Of a stretch of DNA of 64,000 nt, positions 55,778-64,000 are shown one piece after another; the stretch's first letter is position 1; each line of letters opens with the position of its first letter. The position numbers and the translations under genes are program-made. The stretch spans positions 186,001-250,000 of the forward strand of contig NIVC01001021.1 in the NCBI GenBank assembly GCA_002269645.1, in the 5' to 3' direction. Under the pieces are notes generated by a model. The model searched no databases, was not told the DNA's origin, and was given only the letters and a program-made list of their open reading frames with translations. This DNA comes from Macrostomum lignano. Its lineage: Eukaryota.

Positions 55778-56220
55778 GGCGATCCTACAGTTTTCCGCTT
55801 TTAATTATTTTTCGGCTTTTTCGAGTGATCACTGACCAATAGGCCGCCTATAAATGGCCAATCATGTGACGACATTAATCACTATCCGGTTTGTCAACCC
55901 CAATGATCCTACCATCCATACAAAAACCATTGAGGGTGCATGGGCTAACTGCAAGGCCAAGTACTGGGCGATGCATGGTACTACAGATGGGCGATGGCCT
56001 GTTTGAGACATACCTCTAAGAGTTTTTAAGGCGCCGGCTGTTTCAAGAGTGTCAATTTGGGAACATGTTGTATTGGATACGCCATTATTATCCATGTTAA
56101 CTGTTGTGACTATCATGACTATTGTGACTATTATATAAGTTTATCGTCATTTCTTATTCCTGCTGTGCCTGCCATAATTTTTCGAAAAAATAATTAAAAG
56201 TGGAAAACTGTAGGATCGCC
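55778..56220 (+). mobile_element. Merlin (IS1016/ISXO2-like) DNA transposon, internally deleted relic
   Basis: ~37-bp TIRs starting ggcgatcctacagttttcc; 8-bp flanks gattattt/aattattt. Broken transposase motifs ITDQ*AAY, FVNPND..IHTKTIEGAWANCK, YL*EFLRRR. Confidence 0.85.
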
Positions 56221-56391
56221 AATTATTTTTATGGTCACCATAAAACAGCTATTTTAGAATCATTTTGTTAAGCCTAAGCTAGCTAAATTCGGTGACAAGA
56301 ACCACTAAAATTTATCATTGTATCAACATTTCTAACAGTAGGGCCTAATAACAAATTTCTTTAGAAGGGGCCTGTCTTATTTTTCAAATTT

Positions 56392-56965
56392 CAACAACAA
56401 CAAGCTACGCCCCAGGGTTGATGTTGGCCTTGGGCGTCATAGGTTGCGCCTCAGAGCACGGGAGTGGAAAAAGGTTGGTCTACTGGCCTGGTTGGGGGCA
56501 CCAGCATCGGCCAACAGGCAGTCTGGATACCACCAAGTGCGTGCTTGCCCTTGCCAGAAGGGCGCTGGGAGCGCCAGCAGCAGCGTCTCCTGCGCCGGCT
56601 TGGGGCAGTACGCCTCAGCGTGGATAAGGTGGCCTGCTAGCTGGAGCTGCCAGTGGCAAAGCAGATCGCTGGGGTGGGCCAGGCAAGCTCGGGTGTATAG
56701 TGCCGCGTTGGTGACATGCTCACCACTGCCGATCTTGAAGTCAGCCTGCAGCAGGCTGGCGTTCGTCGCGTCAACCTGTTGCTCGAGTGTCTCTGTCAGC
56801 GTACATGTTTTAGCGTTGTAGAGCAGGATGGTCTCAATCACTGCCTGGAAAAACGCCAAGCGCTGGTGGTCTGGCAGGGTTGCAGAGTGCAGGATGGTCC
56901 TCATAGAGTTGAAGGCTGCCCAAGCGAGTCCATAGCAGGTTGTCAAAGGCGTCAAAGGCAAAATC
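56392..56965 (-). mobile_element. 5'-truncated RTE/L2-like LINE with (TTG)n tail and 10-bp TSD
   Basis: AWAAFNSMRTIL...FFQAVIETILLYNAKT...LQLAGHLI; (caa)n at 56392-56403 on +; tttcaaattt at 56382-56391 and 56966-56975. Confidence 0.85.
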
Positions 56966-57212
56966 TTTCAAATTTAGTAGTCTCTTATTATTTGCATTGC
57001 AACTTTGGTATGTAATTTAGATAGTATTTGTTTTTTGTACTTTTTGATATGATTACAAATTACTATAACAATAATAGTTGCTTAAAAATAATATTTTAAT
57101 TAAAATATTGATAGTTAGCAATAGTGTTAACCATTATTTAAAGGTTGATCACTTTCTTAAAAGAATTATAACCATGCTTGGGCACAACCTAGGAATTCAC
57201 TGGGCTGTTTCT

Positions 57213-57281
57213 ATTGGCAATGCATACACATGTAAGTTGCTATTGGACAGAATAGTAGTCACGTGACTGCTTTTAGCCAAT
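57213..57281. promoter_or_regulatory. CCAAT boxes + palindromic E-box/CLEAR element (AGTCACGTGACT)
   Basis: ATTGG at 57213-57217 and 57242-57246, AGTCACGTGACT at 57257-57268, CCAAT at 57277-57281. Motif evidence only. Confidence 0.5.
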
Positions 57282-59115
57282 AGTGACTTAAGAGTAGCTT
57301 AAATTATTTATTGAATAAAGATAGGCCTAAGAACAATAAGCCAACTTAATATCTTTATGCTTTTTTATTCTTGTAATGCATTTGCATTGTATGTTTTATT
57401 TTAATATTATTTAAGGCCTATCTTTGAATTTGATTGCCTAAAGGTCATAGTCAGGAAGTTGTCCTATACTATTTACTAGAATTTTCTGGTATGCATTAGC
57501 CCTTTATAGTTTATTGGCATATATATTTGGCATGCTTGAATCTTCAAAAGTTATGCTTGTATCTTTTTTGTAAGTATCTATCAGTTTCTATAGGATAACA
57601 AAAGTAGAACATTTCAAAGTAAAAAAGTAGGCAATTAATGTGTTAAAAGATAATTAAAGTGCAAAAAAATTAATTGAATATGATAGTACTATTTCAAAGA
57701 ATTTAAATAATAAAACTTTGTCTAATTGCATATTCTTATAAAGAAATAATAGACACAACACTTATTTTGTTATGTTGTACATATAAATGTCAAATATAGC
57801 AACAAAAAAGGTCTTTTATTATTGCAATGCAAAAGTAAAATCTCAAAATTTTGAAATTTTTGGCATGCACATGCATAAAAGTCATATTTCCTATTTTTGG
57901 CATACTTGGTGTATGCCTTAATTTTTGCCCAAAAAACTCTAGTACATACTGGACACCTTGGCAGTGGCCTTTGCCTTAGGATGATATAGAATCATACCCT
58001 TAAAGATATTATTCATGCCAGAATTTTTAAAAGGGTATACAATTGGTTTGACATATAGCATATACATTTTGTTCTGGCATAAATTCTAGTATGTATTTAA
58101 CATGATCTTAAATAACTAAATATGGATATTGCTAATTGTAAAAATTTCAATTAGGATCCTATGACTTTCCTATATGTATTCAAAAGCAAAAATGCTAGTT
58201 ATTCAGTTATTGAGAAAAACTTTTTTTTTTAATTTTTGGCTTTTATTGCAATGTCAAAGATAATAACAAACTATTACATTCTCAAAAATAATTGCAAAAA
58301 ACTGTCACACTTACAAAAAGGTATTTTTATATTTTAAATATTGAAAAAAAATTATCTAAGTTCTAGCATAACATGTCAAAATTATTATTATTATATTAAG
58401 CTATATTCAAAATTTTGACAAGTTTTCATTATTTTTTTGCTTTTTTAACATATTAACTTTGTTGCTCCTAGTTAAGAAACAAATATAATATGCTAAATTT
58501 CATTTACTACTAGAGTAAAAGTTAATAGTATTATTTCAAGTGCAAAAATTAGAAAATGTTTTCTATTTCCTCCCCATGCAGTTTAGGCCTAAGACTGACT
58601 TTAAGCATTGTTGCAAAGGTTTTGGCTATTCTAGCTGTATTATATTTAAGGCATAAGGCATAAAAATGCTAAAATGACTTTAGGCATAGAAATTAGTTAA
58701 CTAAAAAGTTAATCAAAATATTAGCTGAAAATTTTAGCAAAATGATCATAGTGCTTGCTTAAGAGACAAAACTAAAGCCTTTGAGTTTTATTAATAAATT
58801 ATAATAAACAATAACAAAATCATTTTTTGTTTATTATCAAAACAGCTATCACCAAAGGCTTCAGTCTTTATCTAAATGATTAATCTATATAATAATAAAT
58901 AAAATAACATTAGGCATAATAACCTTGTTACACTTGTTACAATTTGGCTTATTATTATTCTTGAATTGGTCTCAATCTTGAACTTTTAAGTAACCTCAGC
59001 TGAGCTCAGCTTTTTCATAAATAAAAATTTAAAATATTGCATGTGTTTCACTAGCATATTCAGACAAGGCAATTTAAAAAAAAATATTATTAGTTTAATT
59101 TAAACAACTAATTAA

Positions 59116-60981
<1,866 letters not shown>

Positions 60982-62344
60982 GCTGGCGGTCTTGAATGAA
61001 GAGGAATCTCGCATCAGTGCAAGGGTTCGGGTGGTTGTATTAAAATAAAACTGCTAATATTTATAAATCTATATTTATTGAACTCAAACCCTCCAAAACT
61101 AATCTGCAAAACAACTTTTTTTGCTTCGGTTTTTTGTGTGTGTCTCTCTGCGTGCGTGTCTTTTCAGTTATCCAGCGGAGTATGTACTATTTATAATAAC
61201 AATATGCATTATGTATTAAAGATGTTAGTAGTGCTGTTACCTGCCATGAATTAATATAATCTAGAAAATCTACAAATAATAAATAACAGCTTCTGATCCC
61301 AGTTATTTTTGTTTTTGTTTTCAAAATCGTTCAAAATAATTTACTATTTTATGACACAGATACTCTTTTCAGTAGCTTGTCAGCGCATTGTCACTTAAAT
61401 TTAATATAACAGCAGCTAAATTTTACTTGACAGACTTTGAGAAGTATTTTGTAAACTTAAGTCTTTTTATTTTACTAAGATAAAGGCAAAAAACGCGAAT
61501 TTGCTACTGAATAAAAAGAGTAGATGAGCGAATTTTTGCTAATAACACATTCATTAAGTTATGTTATAGTATCTGTGTATTAAGCCTATAGAGCTACTAT
61601 TAGTAGCAAGTTGGTTCAATATTTTCAAATTTTGATAAAAAATCATGAAACAATTTATGCCAATATGGCAGTGTTGTTTTGCTTTTAGATCTGCTTCTAT
61701 TTTAGCTGGCTATTCGCAATTGTCAATAAGTCACAAAATAATTGTCCATTGCATAAGTTTCGATATCTTGTGTCCCGGATATAAGCAGGCAAGAATTCAC
61801 AATGCCCTTGATTAGTTCTAGTTTTGTTGTCAACCTGCCCATCAACTCCCTGACTTGATTCTGTGTTCGCTTTTTTGTTCGATAATTATGAATTATTATT
61901 AGTTACCTGCTTGCTATGGCTCTCTGTTGCATGTGTCTGAATAGTATATATTATTTATATATATGATTTTCTATATTATATACATGTGACATGTACGAAG
62001 CTTTTTCGCTTACTAAAATAAGCCTGTTCAATCTGCACGCTTGAATGGCGTTGCAAAACATCTTTTTTATAATTATAATAAAAATTATTTAATATTACTA
62101 AAAATTATTATTTATACTGTGACACAATTATAGTAAATGCTGACCCCTCCCCCCCCAAATATGAAACAGTTTGACGTGAGTGTCAATTAGTATTAAGCTA
62201 GATAAATGTTTTGATTGGCTTTTTTCGTGTCCTATTTCTTTGTTATTTTAAACTGCTTTTTTTATTACAAACCAACGTTAATTTATCAAAATTGCAAGGA
62301 TGGCCTTAAACTGTTTAAAATCGCCCTAAATTCTCTTAAAGAAT

Positions 62345-63295
62345 CGCCCTAAACTCTCTTAGAATTACCCTAAACCACCCTAATTATTAGCCTAAACCAC
62401 CCTAATTATTAGCCTAAACCACCCTAACTATTAGCCTAAACCACCCTTATTATTAGCCTAAACCACCCTAATTATTAGCCTAAACCACCCTAATTATTAG
62501 CCTAAACCACCCTAATTATTACCCTAAACCACCCTAATTATTAGCCTAAACCATCCTAATTATTACCCTAAACCACCCTAATTATTACCCTAAAACACCC
62601 TTATTATTACCCTAAACCATCCTAATTATTAGCCTAAACCACCCTAATTATTACCCTAAACCACCCTTATTATTAGCCTAAACCACCCTTATTATTAGCC
62701 TAAACCACCCTAATTATTAGCCTAAACCACCCTAATTATTAGCCTAAACCACCCTAATTATTAGCCTAAACCACCCTAATTATTAGCCTAAACCACCCTA
62801 ATTATTACCCTAAACCACCCTAATTATTAGCCTAAACCATCCTAATTATTACCCTAAACCACCCTAATTATTACCCTAAAACACCCTTATTATTACCCTA
62901 AACCATCCTAATTATTAGCCTAAACCACCCTAATTATTACCCTAAACCACCCTTATTATTAGCCTAAACCACCCTAATTATTACCCTAAACCACCCTAAT
63001 TATTAGCCTAAACCACCCTAATTATTAGCCTAAACCACCCTAATTATTAGCCTAAACCACCCTAATTATTACCCTAAACCACCCTAATTATTACCCTAAA
63101 CCACCCTAATTATTACCCTAAACCAACCCTAATTATTACCCTAAACCACCCTAATTATTACCCTAAACCACCCTAATTATTACCCTAAACCAACCCTAAA
63201 AATTACCCTAAACCACCCTAACAATTACCCTAAACCACCCTAATTCTTACCCTAAACCATCCTAATTATTAGCCTAAACCACCCTATGAATTAAC
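62345..63295. repeat. 22-bp minisatellite with CCCTAA telomere-like motifs
   Basis: (a/g)cctaaaccaccctaattatta. Confidence 0.95.
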
Positions 63296-63699
63296 CTAAG
63301 AATTCCTACTCACTTTTGCTAGCCCACAACTTGAAAACAATTTAGGCACGATGTGAAGGTTCAGGCAGTCCGGCACATGTAAAGGAGAGGCACTGCTTTT
63401 GAAGTATTCTATGCATTTTGCTACACTGTAATTTATACATTGTGAGACGCGCCTGGCTTAAGGGAAGTACGTTTCATTGACAACGAATTAATGCACTTAC
63501 CCTCATCGCTGTTAATGTTATGCAAGCGAATTTCCGGCTTTGAATAGAGTGTATCGTCTCTAGTCTGCTGATGGTCCATTTTCAGATTTTCTAACTAGGA
63601 AACTAAAAAGCTTCAGAATCACTCATTAAACTGCTGGAAAAATCACTTGCGGCCCATTTTATATCGCTGCTATAACAGCCCTAAGAAACTAAAATATGC

Positions 63700-63975
63700 C
63701 CCTAAATCACCCTGAGAATCGCCCCTAAATCACCCTGAGAATCGCATCCAACTCACCCTGAGAATCGCCCCTAAATCACCCTGAGAATCGCACCTAAATC
63801 ACCCTAAGAATCGCTCCTAAATCACCCTGAGAATCGCCCCTAAATCACCCTGAGAATCGCATCCAAATCGCCCCTGAATCACCCTGAGAATCACCCCTAA
63901 GTCACCGTGAGAATCGTCTCTCAATCATTCTGAGATCACCCCTAAATCACTCCGAAAATCGCCCCCAAACCACCC
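63700..63975. repeat. ~23-bp degenerate repeat with CCCTAA (ccctaaatcaccctgagaatcgc)
   Basis: About 10 copies, degenerating towards the window end. Confidence 0.85.
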
Positions 63976-64000
63976 CAATGGTCGCCTATATACCACCCTG

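Noticed and set aside
55835-55872. CCAAT-TATA-CCAAT cluster that looks like a promoter
   Set aside because: It is the degenerate Merlin transposase coding motif (ITDQ*AAYKW) inside the TIR-bounded element.

Overview
Eukaryotic (animal) genomic DNA with GT-AG introns packed with mini- and microsatellites. The intron style and LINE family suggest a Macrostomum-type free-living flatworm; this is inference and was not tested. Manually reconstructed genes: (1) an intact DD34D mariner transposase, cut by the window start; (2) a ~32 kb, 20-exon SCY1-like (SCYL2-type) pseudokinase gene on +, ~1,100 aa; (3) nested antisense in one of its introns, a single-exon prepropeptide encoding 9 copies of FVQPGTYDW between KR/KKR sites, with a one-base homopolymer frameshift; I cannot assign it to a known family; (4) an intronless glucosylceramide synthase (UGCG) on -; (5) an unidentified 4-exon, ~353 aa gene on -; (6) a secreted PAN/apple + fibrinogen-related protein on +; (7) RhoA on +. 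Mobile DNA includes CORE-SINEs, RTE/L2-like LINE relics, a Merlin relic with TIRs and TSD, a TA-flanked MITE, a 62-bp hAT-like MITE and a Gypsy integrase fragment. Best leads: the nested peptide precursor; a 2.2 kb CpG desert upstream of RhoA whose only CpG lies in an E-box/CLEAR palindrome between CCAAT boxes; and a ~37-copy array of a SINE's Pol III A-box. Most long ORFs in the supplied track are repeat artefacts. All coordinates and counts were read by eye.
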